Shown piece after piece: positions 13,768 through 26,413 of a stretch of 56,873 nt of DNA (position 1 is the first letter of the stretch; each line of letters starts with the position of its first letter). The notes beneath the pieces were generated by a model. That model did no database searches. It worked only from the letters and a program-made list of their open reading frames with translations, and was not told the DNA's origin. The stretch is from the NCBI RefSeq assembly GCF_004010195.1, contig NC_057718.1, positions 49,992,575 through 50,049,447 of the forward strand, written 5' to 3'. Both the position numbers and the translations under genes were made by a program. Origin of the DNA: Chiloscyllium plagiosum (lineage: Eukaryota).

Positions 13768-13985
13768 GGTCAGAAGTCATATGATTGCTGACAACATGAT
13801 GCTAGGTTATAATCCAACAGGTTTATTTGAAATCACAACTTTAAGAACGCTGCTCCTTTGTCACTTGATGAAGGAGCAGTGCTCTGAAAGCTAGTGATTT
13901 CAAATAAACCTGTTATACTATAACTTGGTGTCATGTGACTTCTGAACATGTCCACCCCAGTTCAACATTGGCACCTCTACAGCAT
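13768..13985 (+). mobile_element. Fold-back Penelope-like terminal fragment (subfamily C) with hammerhead motif
   Basis: Diverged inverted repeat centred near 13862; ttgatgaaggagcagtgctctgaaagcta (13865-13893); same tail as 49954-50057. Confidence 0.75.
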
Positions 13986-14766
13986 ATTTTAAGAAATATA
14001 TAAAATAATAACGAAAAATTTAAACAATACAAAATGACAAAAACTTGTGCAAAGTGACATTATCACATCCCCACTTTTTTTGTTGCGTGTTATTAAAGGG
14101 TCAAATGTCTCTTTTCCAGTATTTTGAGTAGTTTCATAGAGCCTTATAATTTCTTTGTAACAGAATCCGATAGCTGACTGTTGCTATCTACCCAGTTTCA
14201 GCAGTTCAATTTTCAGATGTCCAGCATCTACTTTAAAGCTGCAATTATCAATCCTCAGTTTTGTTTTGCATTCATGCATTTCAAAGAAATTACATTATTC
14301 CATCATCATTTATTATTGATGCAGCAATTTGTACTGGATTTGTTTTTAGAATCTCTTTCAATATTTTCACTAAGAAAATGTTATACCTACTGCCTCGACA
14401 AAAAATAAGAGTTTCTGCCACTAAGGTACTTTTTACTACTCTTCTAATGTTTTGAACTTTCAAACCTAAAGGCAACATTTATCCTCTTTGCTCAAAAGAA
14501 AGATTATAGACCCCCTGCATTTAATGCTACCACATAGATTTATCTAAGAAGCATCATCAAAAACAATAGGTTTCACATACTTAGTATCTCCCAATGATGG
14601 AAATTACTTACACAATACTCCATTTTTAATTTTTTTCCAAAAAAATTTTCTGCCTTGGAATTTTGCATTGCCGTACTCAACTCTTAAAATCTCAAAACTG
14701 GCACCTAGCCTCATTTGTACTCCCAGTGAATTTAACTGTCCTTTACAATTCTTGCTCTCAGTTTTG

Positions 14767-14949
14767 CAGGTCAGGCAGCATCCAGGGAACAGGAGATTCG
14801 ACGTTTCGGGCACAGGCCCTTCTTCAGGAAGAAGGGCCTGTGCCCGAAACGTCGAATCTCCTGTTCCCTGGATGCTGCCTGACCTGCTGTGCTGTTCCAG
14901 CAATAAAGTTTCAACTTTGATCTCCAGCATCTGCAGACCTCACTTTCTC
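14767..14949. mobile_element. Fold-back PLE terminal insertion (subfamily A) with perfect 60-bp-arm palindrome and hammerhead motif
   Basis: Arms 14766-14825 and 14828-14887 are exact reverse complements with a 2-nt spacer; minus strand ctgaagaagggcctgtgcccgaaacgtc; TSD cttgctctcagttttg at 14751-14766 and 14950-14965. Confidence 0.9.
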
Positions 14950-15593
14950 CTTGCTCTCAGTTTTGAAAACCAATGTATCTTTTTTCTGAGGCCCTACTAC
15001 CTGTAAGTTACTAATTGCAATGTGGCTAACTTGTTTTAAAAGGAAGATTGCTGATACATAGCAACGCTTATTCCAATCTGCCTGATTTCCAATCCAATGT
15101 AAGTAAAAGTCTCTGCAGTCTGACTGTCAATTTTGAATTCTGTTTTCAGCTTATTTATGAAAATAGTTTTTAATTCACAGCTCTAATCCTCCAAAACATC
15201 ATCTAAGTGTATCATAAAGATGTCTGAAAGCTGCACTCCCTTCCTCCAATTTATGGGATAACCTGGCAATTCAGACAACACAATTTTAATAAGATGGATA
15301 TTACTGAGAAGTATCAAACTCTGGAGGCAGCTTTTGGGCCATATCAATTTACCTTGCAGACTGAGCTGTGTTTGCTGATTTTCTTGAAGGCAAAGGAACA
15401 GTTCTCCTTCAAGCTGATCACACTTTAATATCAATTGATCTATATTCCCAAGGATTTGTTCTAACGGAACCAAAGAAATCTTCAAAATTGTTTTCCCTGA
15501 AACTATTCCAACCTTGGTGTTTAGTCTTTCTTTAAAACCTTGGGTTAATAGCCTACCTTTAGGCACATAAATCCAATCAGGAGACACCAGGAA

Positions 15594-15830
15594 TCATAGG
15601 TTCTCGACAGCATAGAAGGTGACCATTCAACCTATTAAATCCACACTGACTCTCTGAAGAACTTCCCACCCAGATTAAGACACCCTCTCCATAACCCCAC
15701 ATTTACCATGGCTAACTCACCTATCCAACGCATCCCTGGAGACTACAGACAATTTAGCATGGCCAATCCACCTGGCCCGCACATCTTTGGACTGTGGGAG
15801 GAAAACAGAGCACCCAGAGGAATCCCACGC
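15594..15830 (-). mobile_element. HE1-like SINE (5'-truncated)
   Basis: aatttagcatggccaatccacc..cacatctttggactgtgggagg core matches copies at 32150-32449 and 51794-52125. Confidence 0.85.
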
Positions 15831-16518
15831 ATTTCATCGTTGCTGTACCATTCCTTGGAATAACTTGTGTACTGCTGACAGAACGTGAAACATTATCTGA
15901 CCCAGCATGATGTAAAGAATCTGGCCCTGGGATTTCATAACATCATTGTCTTTGGATATCAGCAAGCTGCTGAACTTAAATATTTCAATAGCCAATATTT
16001 TCCTTATTTTGACATTCTGACTGTTTCCTTAAGGATCTTCGATAAATCACCTTCTAAATAGCTCAAATCAGAATACATTATAGGTTTCATTTTCACAGTT
16101 GTCAGTGAGTCAATTACATGATTAGTCTTAGAACAATTTTATGAGTTTGGTCTTAAAACTTGAGAAAATACCTTATCCAGCACAAAAGGATTTCTTATTG
16201 CCTTGTCCTATACTTAACTGGGCACTGACTGAACTTTTATCAGTTCTTTGCTGCTTTGCTTCTTGAAGTTCATCCATTTGTTTTACAGGAGAGAAAGAAC
16301 AAAGGTGTTTGAAGGTGAAAAATGTAAAGAGAGTATGATCTGCTTCTAAGAAATTTGAAATTGGCAACGTGTAAGGAATTACTTTTTCCCCTTCCACTGA
16401 AAATATATGGTCAGAGAATTTGGTAATTTTAGACACACCCGTGTTTTATCAGTGTATTTTTGACAGAAATATTCATGATATCATTACTGTATCATAGCAT
16501 GTGTATAAAGGCTTCATG

Positions 16519-16703
16519 GAGGAGAAAGTGAGATCTGCAGATGCTGGAGATCAGAGCTGGAAATGTGTTGCTGGAAAAGCGCAGCAGGTCAGGCAGCATC
16601 CAGGGAACAGGAGAATCGACGTTTCGGGCATAAGCCCTTCTTCAGGCTTATGCCCAAAACGTCGATTCTCCTGTTCCCTGGATGCTGCCTGACCTGCTGC
16701 GCT
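16519..16703 (-). mobile_element. Fold-back PLE terminal insertion (subfamily A) with hammerhead motif
   Basis: Inverted arms about 16578-16636 and 16645-16703; minus ctgaagaagggcttatgcccgaaacgtc; 15-bp TSD tataaaggcttcatg at 16504-16518 and 16704-16718. Confidence 0.9.
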
Positions 16704-16997
16704 TATAAAGGCTTCATGCTCCATCTTAATCTGGTATTATTTGGAGCATGACATGCTACTAAAAGCATATTAGTGAATTGTAATTTTATTTCTGTATAAT
16801 AGCTAGTGGTCATAATGCTCTGTTGGATTCTTTGAAACCACAATGAGTGTGCTTAGTTTCATGTTTAACGAGGGATAATAAAAGCATTGCCTCAATGGGT
16901 AAAATACCCTTTTGGAGTAAAAATCACATCAGTCAACTATGTCATTTCCTGGCAGGAACAGAGGCGTGGAAAAACTAAAATTGGATTAGAAAGCATA

Positions 16998-17554
16998 CAG
17001 GTAGTTCTCCCATAACACTGTAGTTGCGTTCCAGTGAAAATCTCGCATAATAGAAAATCGCTTCATAGAAGAAAAGGAACTATAGGAAAAATGGGGTTGG
17101 GGCACCAGCAAAACATATCACTCACAAATCACCCAAAGGTCAACGCAATGTATGGCACAGCCTGAATGAAGGTTGAAATCATATTTAATAATGAAACAAA
17201 AGGAAATTTAACACAGTACATTTTAAAAATTTAAGAAAGCTGCTCTCTTTACAATACCTCTCACAGAAAGCTGCTCTGTCAGCAGCTGACATTAGCCCAT
17301 GTGCAGATTAGCATAAATACTGGCACCAACATTGTGCATGCGCCGAACGGTGCAGACACCAGCACATGCACGGAATAGCTCAGAAATTTCGGCGTGAATA
17401 TTGGTTCACAGAAGAAAGCCCACGAACCAATCCCCGCTGGGATTGCGCTATTGTCAATGGAGGTATGTGTTCTTGAAAATAGCGTTCCCTCATTCTTCAG
17501 TGACATTATAGCTAAATCGTGCAGCCAAAACATGCATAATCCCAGAATTGCTTG
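16998..17554. mobile_element. Probable Tigger/pogo-type (Tc1-mariner) non-autonomous DNA transposon
   Basis: TA-flanked imperfect terminal inverted repeats: ta|caggtagttct ... agaattgcttg|ta. Confidence 0.5.
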
Positions 17555-17865
17555 TACTACCATCTTTATACCAACATCGATTTTGGCTGGCCATTCAAAT
17601 AGGCAGTTACCCGATACAACAGGAGTCTCTTTACTGTATACAATCAGGATCCTGTGATGTAGGCAGCTCGTTATTGGAATTTTGTTGGTTAACAGAGCAG
17701 CTTCATCAATGGGAACACTTGGCCTAACAACAGACTGTTTGGAAAATTCCAGAACATGAAACCAATTGGAATGCTATTTGTAGTGACACATGGGAATTGC
17801 ATAAGGATTTCACAGTTAAATAAGTCCTCTAGTTGTTTTGGTAGTTTTGGGGAAATCAATCATTT

Positions 17866-18050
17866 ATAAGAACATCAGAACATAAGAACTAGGAGCAACA
17901 GTAGGCAATTCAGCCCTTCGAGTCCGCTCACTATTTACTATGATCGTGGCTGATTTCACCTCGGCCTCTACTGCATTTTGTTAAATTGACTAATTAAAAA
18001 TCTGTCTATCTTCTCCTTAAATTTACTCAGTGTCTTGGCATTAACCATAC
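17866..18050 (-). mobile_element. CR1 LINE 3' tail fragment
   Basis: Antisense short tandem tail ataagaacatcagaacataagaac followed by aggagcaacagtaggcaattcagccc. Confidence 0.65.
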
Positions 18051-19159
18051 TCAACCACAGAATCACAGTTCGGTCCTTAATTATTGCTCACTTGTTGCTG
18101 AATAACTGACAGTAAAAGCATTGAATGGAATTGCACAAGCCCCCTTGCTGATGACACGTGTCCAATCTCTCCCCACCACCAGGCCACTTTGCCACAAGTG
18201 CCACCTGATTAAACCACTTATGCGACCAATTAAGGGCCTCCTTTCACCTCATGGACATTTTACCGGCATGCAGGGGAAGCTGGTGGTCTCTCAGTGGGTT
18301 TCAAGTGGCCATCCATTTTGGAGATCCCATGGTCCATGGGGAGGCTACAGCACCCACCCTCAGCTGTCAGTTCCTTCAACCACTCTTCAAGCATCCCTGG
18401 CTCTTGGTGTAGCCTCAAATGGCACTGTTGAGGAAGCGGAGCCAACAGTCCTTTGATTACACAAGCAGTTCTTGAGGATGGGCTGTTGATTTTAATAGTG
18501 AGATTAGCCCCAGTGTTATCCACTTAATTGACCACGACACAGAATGTCTCCCCCAGGTATCTCAGCAGTACTTACACTGCTGAGAATTCATCTCATTCTT
18601 TCACAATGTTAAACCTCCTCAAAACTTTAAACACTTTTGTTTGTTTGTCTTAACCTTTTCAGCTGCATTGAGTACATTCCTACTATTGCATGTCTCTCCA
18701 TACAGCCATAAATCCACAAGTCTCCTATTCTCTGGATCTAATATCCTTTCCATAATAGGTGTCAGAAGCTGTATATATTGCTCCAACACTATCTGAATCT
18801 GATTAAGCTCTGTCTTGGTTTTTATTTCAGTGCCTGCCTTGTGAAGAATCCAATTGACATTTTTATGGCACTTTTGGTTAAGCTGACTTTAGTGTTCATT
18901 TTCTCTTTATAGGTATCTCTGATGCTGCACTCATCTAGATGATCATTTATCTTGTTTCTGCACAGTCTGTCTCCAGATATTTGAAATCTCTAATTATTAT
19001 AGCTTTTATATTTCTGGAAATCTCTGATTTAAAAAAAAATCCTTCTGGCCCTTTGCATTTAATTGTCAGTCCATGGACAACAAATATTGTTACATACACT
19101 CTTGAAATACAGACTACACATTGTGATCAAATGTTTTCATTCTGTATCAGAAGAATAAG

Positions 19160-19892
19160 AGTAAGATGGTGGCAGATTAGTTGCACAATGTGCGGGCTCC
19201 ACAGCCAAGGACCCTACAACAAGTCCACTCCATCCTCTTTACCTTCTCTTTCGCTTTACTTTTCTTTCTTTCCTTTTTTTTCATGTTTCCATTTATTATG
19301 GTACCTCACCTTTTAACAATTTTGGTGGAAGGTATCTTCTCCCAGCCTAGGCCCAGGCCCAAACCCAAGCCCAGGCCCAGGAATGAGCTAGCTTCCAGTG
19401 GCCTTGAGTGGAGTTAAATTCCTGGAACCTGACGGAGCAGTCTCCTGGTGTGGAAATCCTGGCTAGGAAGGGCTGTCTCGGCCTAGCATGGTGGTCCTGT
19501 CCTGTCATGGAGGTGTTGTCCCAGTGTGGAGATCTTCTTTGGTGGATTCCAGCTATTCCAGCAGCCCAGTGTGAAGGTCTAGTTTTGTTTTGGCATGGAG
19601 ATCTCGTCCTGGTTTCGGAGGCAGCTTCTAGATTTTTCAGCAGCCCAACATGGTGGTCAAGCCTTGGCATGGAGGTTTTGTCTCAGCTTGGCTGGGCAGT
19701 CTTGGATTGCCCTGCTTGGCAGTTTTGGTCTGATTTCCAGGGTACTCAGAACCCAGGAGTCATTAATTGAACTGTGATGAACTTTTACTTTTTTCTTCTT
19801 ATTCATGACTTCTGTCATTAATTTAGGCACCATGTATGGCAACGTATAACACTTTTCACTGCATTTCTTTGTAAAAATACATGTGACAATGA
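19160..19892 (+). mobile_element. Non-coding retroposon sharing a 3' tail with Rex1/Babar-like LINEs
   Basis: Ends acacttttcactgc..catgtgacaat, like the tail at 47440-47475; internal degenerate GC-rich repeats. Confidence 0.5.
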
Positions 19893-20962
19893 GTTACTAT
19901 TCCATTCTAGATTTGCATCAGGATTTTTCAAGAAAATTAACTCAAAATACAACATGATACTCTTTGCCTATTTTAAAAATCAAAGCATTTAGGACATTTT
20001 TTGGGGGGAGTCAAATTGAAATAAGTTAAGCTTCATGTTCATCTGAAAAAAATAATTTACTTATGGTCTGTCAAAACACTTTTGGCCAGGATATCATTTG
20101 TCCAGCACAGATTAACAAACTTTAACTGGAACTCTGAATTGGTTCCATATTCCACGATTCTCCACCAAAAAAATAACTAAACTGGTGGCATTCTTTTTAA
20201 AATTGGTGATGCTAGCTGCGAAGCTGAATGACTTTTGTTTGCATTTTGTTGTGAATGTAGCCATTGCCACAGTGAGAGGAGCTCTGCTGAAATCACTAAT
20301 AACTGAGGCAATCTGATTGTTCCTGTTTGACAACTCATTTTATAGGAAAAATATTCCTTAGGTACTCAAATGTCTCATTTGCAATGTTTTCATTAAAATT
20401 CTGTCAAAGTTGAACTCATACTCTAAACTCAATAATTGCAAAGTCACTTGGCGCAGCCCGTATTCAATCTGCACAGCTGAGATAATGATGCCAATTGCCA
20501 CCCTTTTGGGATTGAACATTACAATGGGAATAATGCCAAGTGGCATCTCAATAATGAATGAATATTGTGGTGTGGTGCACAATTAAGCTCATAATGAAAA
20601 TTCTGATATGCAACCCATCTTTCAAACAAGTTACATGTACAAACCGAATGAGGATAAACACAAATATGGATGCAAGAATGAAACATAATGACGCAGTTTG
20701 AATTTGGTGAATCACAGATTGCATTTAAGTATATAAAAAAAATGTAGACGGAATTTTTTTAAGACTTCAGAAACAAGTTAAAACCATGATATTTTTATAG
20801 ATTTTCTGCCATTGTTTGAAAGGAAAAAATAAACATTTATTTTGCTTTAGCTAGTAAAAAAGAAAATCAAATGTCCTAAATTTATATGGGAGGGACTTAA
20901 AGTTTTGGCATAGGAGGAACTTAAAATTTTAAGCACAATATGTTGAATAGGTACTAAAGTAC

Positions 20963-21095
20963 TTACCTGAAGAAGGGCTCATGCCCGAAACGTCGATAGA
21001 TTCCTGAAGAAGGGCTCATGCCCGAAATGTCGATTCTCCTGCTCCTTGGATGCTGCCTGACCTGCTGCGTTTTTCCAGCAACACATTTTCAGCTA
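20963..21095 (+). mobile_element. Short PLE terminal insertion (subfamily A) with two tandem hammerhead motifs
   Basis: ctgaagaagggctcatgcccgaaacgtc (20967-20994) and ctgaagaagggctcatgcccgaaatgtc (21004-21031); 14-bp TSD aggtactaaagtac at 20949-20962 and 21096-21109. Confidence 0.9.
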
Positions 21096-23069
21096 AGGTA
21101 CTAAAGTACAATGCAGGAATTCTGTTTGGCAGTGCAGATACTTTGTAGCATTATTTTCTTGACATTTTGCTTTGTCAGGAATAGATGATTAAATATGGGC
21201 TACAATATTTACAGAGTAGAAAGTAGGATGCAGGAGAGGCCAAAAATGGCTGAAGCACCAGCAAGATTGTGGAAATGCGATTATAATTAATGTGACAATA
21301 CCATTACTTGAAGATCACTTTAAGAATATTTTTTGAATCAATATCCTGAAAGAAGGGAACTGGGTAAAGTTTATCCAAGATGTGGTAAGATCAGTCATTA
21401 GGGTTAGAGTGAGAAAATTAGAACTCATACAAGATGGAAGATCAGGTATCATGGCAAGGAGTGGAAAGGGAAAACATCAGGGGCAAAAGGGGAGGTTTCA
21501 GCAATTGAGACTTAGGCTGGAGGTCAAAAACTCCACTGAGGGGTAAAAATGGGGTTAGCCTGTCAGAACTTCATAGCCCACCAGTGCTGAAAATGCACTT
21601 ACGTAATAAAGCCAGCAGCTACTGCTTCTCATTCACTGCAAGGTATTCCATTCCCTTACAGACTCATGTAGCAGCAGTGAATTTATAATCAGACTCCCAA
21701 TGGCAAAAAATGTTCAAATGTTAATAGCAGGTAGGTTTCAGTGCAGCCAGATAACCAAGTGCCTCAATATCCAAAGCCCTGAAAGTGGCAAAGCATGTGT
21801 GAAGTGAATGCCATGATTGAATGGCAGAATGGACTCGATGGGCCGAATGACCTTACTTCCACTCCTATGTCTTATGAAATTAGGGCTACATTTTTCATGT
21901 TTAGCAATTTATTTCCCTGTACCTACCCAATTCTGTACTTCTCTCTGTCAAACAGTTGCTATCATGGCATTTATATAGTTAAGAGACAATGCAGTTCAGG
22001 GAAGAAACAAAGGATTCCTCAAGTTTCCTACTTTAGCGTCAGCTTTGATCATTTGTAATACTTTCATCCAGTTTCCTCTCTGCCAGAAGTTTGTAGGATC
22101 TGGAGAACAGAAAAGTAAGACCATGACCACATCAAACTAGAGAAAAATTTAATCACATTCCCTTTTATCTCAATGACACCACCACCACCACCAGGTCTTT
22201 GGTACACTCCCCCCCCCCCTCATCCAAGCATATTCACCACCTCCCACCCTCCACCCCTCACCTGCGTCACTTTTATTATTCATTTCTTAGGTAGCTGAAA
22301 AAAAGAACCATGTGTACGTAAGGCATTGTTGCAATGAGGAGAAGAAATCATATTGGTCACTGCAGATAGACATTGCCTCAGGAATGGCTGACTGAGTTAA
22401 AAGTCTTTTCTATGGCTTAGGGGTTACCAGCTTGTTTATCTCCATCCATTGAGCCCCTGCTACTCATGTGTGTTATCTTCTTCTGCAAGAGAGAGGAAAG
22501 TACAGTACATACTTGAGTAATACTTGAATTGTTTTGACTACTTTATAAGGTTAAACTTATGAGGTTGACTATTACATGGTTACTACTTTTGAGTGACTGA
22601 AATTCATGCCCGCCAGAATTCATACCATATCATTAGCAAAAGCCCAAGTGATCTCTAAATAAATAAAGACAAAAAAAAAGAATTCAGTAATTCGGAAAAC
22701 TCAGAGCGGAGGGGGATGACCGGCACACTGACTCATAAATGTTGATTTGTTATCCTTGAAGAACTAGGATCAACGTTTTCATGAGATATTTGAAAATTCC
22801 AGATTTTGTTTGTCCACAATAGGAGGTTGACTTTCACATGAGCTCGGCTATTGCTCGAGTATATAGGGTATATCAGTGCCTGGCATGCCATGGCTTTCAT
22901 GGTTTAAAAGCTGGAACTGCTAGAAAGCTATGAGGCCTTCATCTGTAACAGTGGGCAAATGGACAGTCAAAGATATGAGTGCCAGCCAAGAATTCTGACT
23001 GATAACGATTTCTGGTCGGCTATGTGATGGGAGTGTGGTAAATTGAACAGTATCCAGACTCTTAGTTGC

Positions 23070-23300
23070 ACTTGACATTGATTTGATCACTCGCATGAGT
23101 TCTTTGAAATTCTTTAAGACCTGCATCCTTGGGGCTAGATTTGGTGGCCCTGACCACTGGAGGTATGTGGTCTCCTGTTTTGAGTAAATATAGGGAACTT
23201 CTGATACCACCACCAATACAGAACACCTCTTCTTCTTTTATTCCCCTCTCACAAGATCTCCAATGCAGCATCTGTAAACTTTGGAAATCATAATTTCCTT
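23070..23300 (-). mobile_element. Harbinger-type Myb/SANT-like accessory ORF relic
   Basis: Frameshifted minus translation FTDAALEIL..RRRGVL...APRMQVLKNFKELMRVIK resembles the Myb/SANT-like pattern F...ALE.L....RR.VL...PRT..QC.KKF.DL. Confidence 0.55.
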
Positions 23301-25579
23301 ATGTTATACTGTCCTTCTATGCATTTTATGTCAGTGTCACTTCTTCCACGATTGATAGTCCTGTTTCTCATTCTGAGGTGCTGGCTAGCTTTAAGTGATA
23401 CTTACCGCTCACAATAGAGACTCCCTTGCTGATTCCCTCTGTTAAGGTTGGGTAACCTGAAATAATTAAAATGAAAGGTCACAAAGTTGGCATATTGTCT
23501 GCACTTCAAACAGAGGTGGAAGCAAATTTCACTTTGCAACCTCCCATGTTCATGAATGACTATGTGCAAGCCTTGGAACTTGTGAAAGAATGTTGGATTA
23601 ATACTTGATGCTGAAAAAAAAGCATTGTGGGGAGAAAGCAGAGCAGTAGGATTAGTCTTGCATTGTTTTAGTCAATGAACTCATATATAATGGGTTGAAA
23701 GGCCACATTCTGTGCTAGAAGTTTCTTTAATTTTATGATTGAAATACAACACAGACTGCAGTAAACTAGAGACTATGTGGAAATTTCTACCACCCATCAT
23801 AACTTTGTTTCATAATTTTACACAGAACATGATCAAATAATTGAGGGAACAGCTCGTAATTTGTTTGGAGAAAGTTAAATTCTAGCCTTATGCCTTGTTC
23901 AAATCCTTGGCAGGTTCAGTGTTTCACAAACCACATACACACATACATCAGCCCAGTTTAAAGTCTGTTTGGATAACCATCATTTTCATTGTATTGTCAT
24001 AGAAAAGGAATTTCAGTTCATAATGATCTACAGGAAGGATAATTACTACTTTGCCTCTGGAAAAACAAGTTGTCCTCCCCAAACAATCCACTCATTTTGC
24101 ACTAACAATGAACACCACAATTAGATGATTAGCATTTATAAAAGCAGATTAGACTTTTCAAACTTAAGCATATGCAGCTTTTTAGATCAAGCATTTGCTT
24201 TGATAGGTGAAGTAACAGTATTGAGTACAGTGTATTTTTTTTTTACCAATTTAGTGTAATAAAGACTTGATTATCGCATTAAATTCTATTAATGACAAAT
24301 TGCAATTCATAACACATTATAATTGCATCTGTTCCTTGGGGACCTTGGGGACACTGTATCATTCCCCCAGAATCATATTTAACATTTCAGATTTATTCAC
24401 AGAACATCAGCGATAATAGGATATTAAGACACACCTGCCACATGCTTTCCCACAATAGAACTTGGGACCTCAACAGGGAATTATCTTTCCTTCTATCCAT
24501 CTTCCATATATTGCCAAACAAACCACTTTACCTTTTGCTTGTGAAATATGCACTTACATCAACAGTTACATGTGGGGAATTCATAACATCAAAACACTGG
24601 GCTCCTGGCCAATAGAATGTTGTGATCAAGGCTACAGCTTATCAAAAAGTGCCTGACAAGAGAAACTGATAAAAAATAATACAGTCTAGCATAACTGTCA
24701 TTGTTCTGTGGACACCTCAATTCATTTAAATTAATGTCACTAATTTTTATTGGTAACTTCATTAATCCATCTAGACAGTGGAGCATTAGGAACGAAGAAC
24801 AATTTTTTTTTTTATAAAATGCACGATAATAGGAGAAAATTACATTAAGGCTCTACCTCAACAAATCTTCACTTAAATGTTTTTTCCCATATTTACTTTA
24901 CCTGTCTTAAACACAGGTGATTTCACCTGCTAGAATATATATCCTGTCAATTTCTCAGACACTTAAATAAAGGATGCCTTGAAGTAGCAAGTTATAATAT
25001 AACCAACAATTGTATCCCAGCACTTTTAAGTAAAACAAGAAGAGACATTTTGTAAATTCTTCAATGTTAAGGAAAGATGACAGAGTTTTCACAGTGAGAT
25101 GAAGGTTCTGAAATGCTGTTCACTTTATCAATGAGGGGAAATTTACACTCAACCATTTACTGATAAATAAAATTGAGGTTTATTTGAGTTTTTTCAGATA
25201 TGGATTACGTACTCCATGCAGCAACTATCTCACTGGGTTGTTTTGCCAAAATTGTTTCCTCAACCTCTCATACTTGGACGTCTATTAAGATTCTGCCCCA
25301 ATGTCAAAAAAAGAAACAACAATATCGTCACATGAATAGTTCAACAGATTGAAAGCATTCTTTCAAAAACATGATGAATGTTCAAGCAAGAAATTTAAAT
25401 GTGGGTGGGGGAGTTATAAAAAAGGCATTTTATTCTCACTAGTCTGGCAAGGCTCCAGTTCTTCGCAAGACAGATGAGAAATCACATGGTCGAAAAACTT
25501 GAATGTCTAACTCCTGTTTTCTCAGTGCTACTGGCATAACTTGGCTTCCTAAATAGCATCTGCAGTGTGCGTATCCAAG

Positions 25580-25692
25580 GCAAAAGTGAGGACTGCAGAT
25601 GCTGGAAATTAGAGTCAAGATTAGAGCTGTGCTGGAAATGCACGCGGCAGGTCAGGCAGCATCTGAGAAACAGGAAAATCGACGTTTTGAGT
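25580..25692 (-). mobile_element. Diverged PLE terminal fragment (subfamily A)
   Basis: aaaagtgaggactgcagatgctgg...caggtcaggcagcatc...atcgacgtttt; ends inside the hammerhead motif. Confidence 0.75.
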
Positions 25693-26413
25693 AGATCACT
25701 GTTGACAATCGTCTTTTGTCTCTGCTTCCTCTTGGGGCCTACCAACTGAATATTTATTGGTAGAGGATATACCACCATAGAGTGAGTATCTACAGAAAAG
25801 ATACCAATCTCAGATAACAAAAATGTTTACTCCATGATAGCAACAGGTCCAATTAATTTTGGTCAACTATAAATACAAGCATGTTAAAGAGCTGATAGAG
25901 ACTTATCTCCTCCCTGTGAAAACCAGAACAGAATTCCATGTCTCCACCCACAGACTTCGTGATATTAGTACAATGGGTAGAGCCAATGTAACATGAAGAT
26001 TAACCCATTCTGAATCATTTTCATATGCAATACCTTGAAGGCTACAATCCACATTGTTTTTAACCAGTCATGAAAAAAGAAGGCATGTGTTTCACATCAT
26101 TACCAACTTAATCTCAAAGACTCTGAGTAATGTAGCCAGTTGTGATTACCTCAGTTTTCATCCTATTATTTGCAGTTGAGAAAGCTGACCTGCCTCAGGG
26201 CCACCACTGACTTTATTCGACAATATCATCTCAGAGTTGGGAAAATGCCCTCACCAGGCCCACTCCTCCCATTGCCATCACAACTACTCCCCGCTCCCCC
26301 AAATCCAAATGCCTGTAAGATAAATTGCATTCTCCTGTTTTGTTTCCTGTTCCTACTATCATATTTTATCCAGGATATCAGCAATGGAAGATTATTTTGA
26401 ACTGAAAAAAAAA

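Larger units (their letters stand above)
14040..16500 (-). pseudogene. Degenerate coding-like island interrupted by PLE and SINE insertions
   Basis: Minus ORFs 14290-14478, 15183-15587 and 16173-16436 are protein-like with recurring amphipathic motifs (LKISLVPL, IKIVLSEL, LKIELLKL); many stops and frameshifts. Confidence 0.4.

Noticed and set aside
14604..15006. Overlapping ORFs on both strands sharing the peptide RSGSIQGTGDSTFRAQALL
   Set aside because: Artefact of the palindromic PLE insertion; not a gene
21662..21730. Possible 69-nt plus-strand exon (ttacag acceptor, cag|gtaggt donor)
   Set aside because: Isolated, unrecognisable peptide and no partner exons; expected by chance
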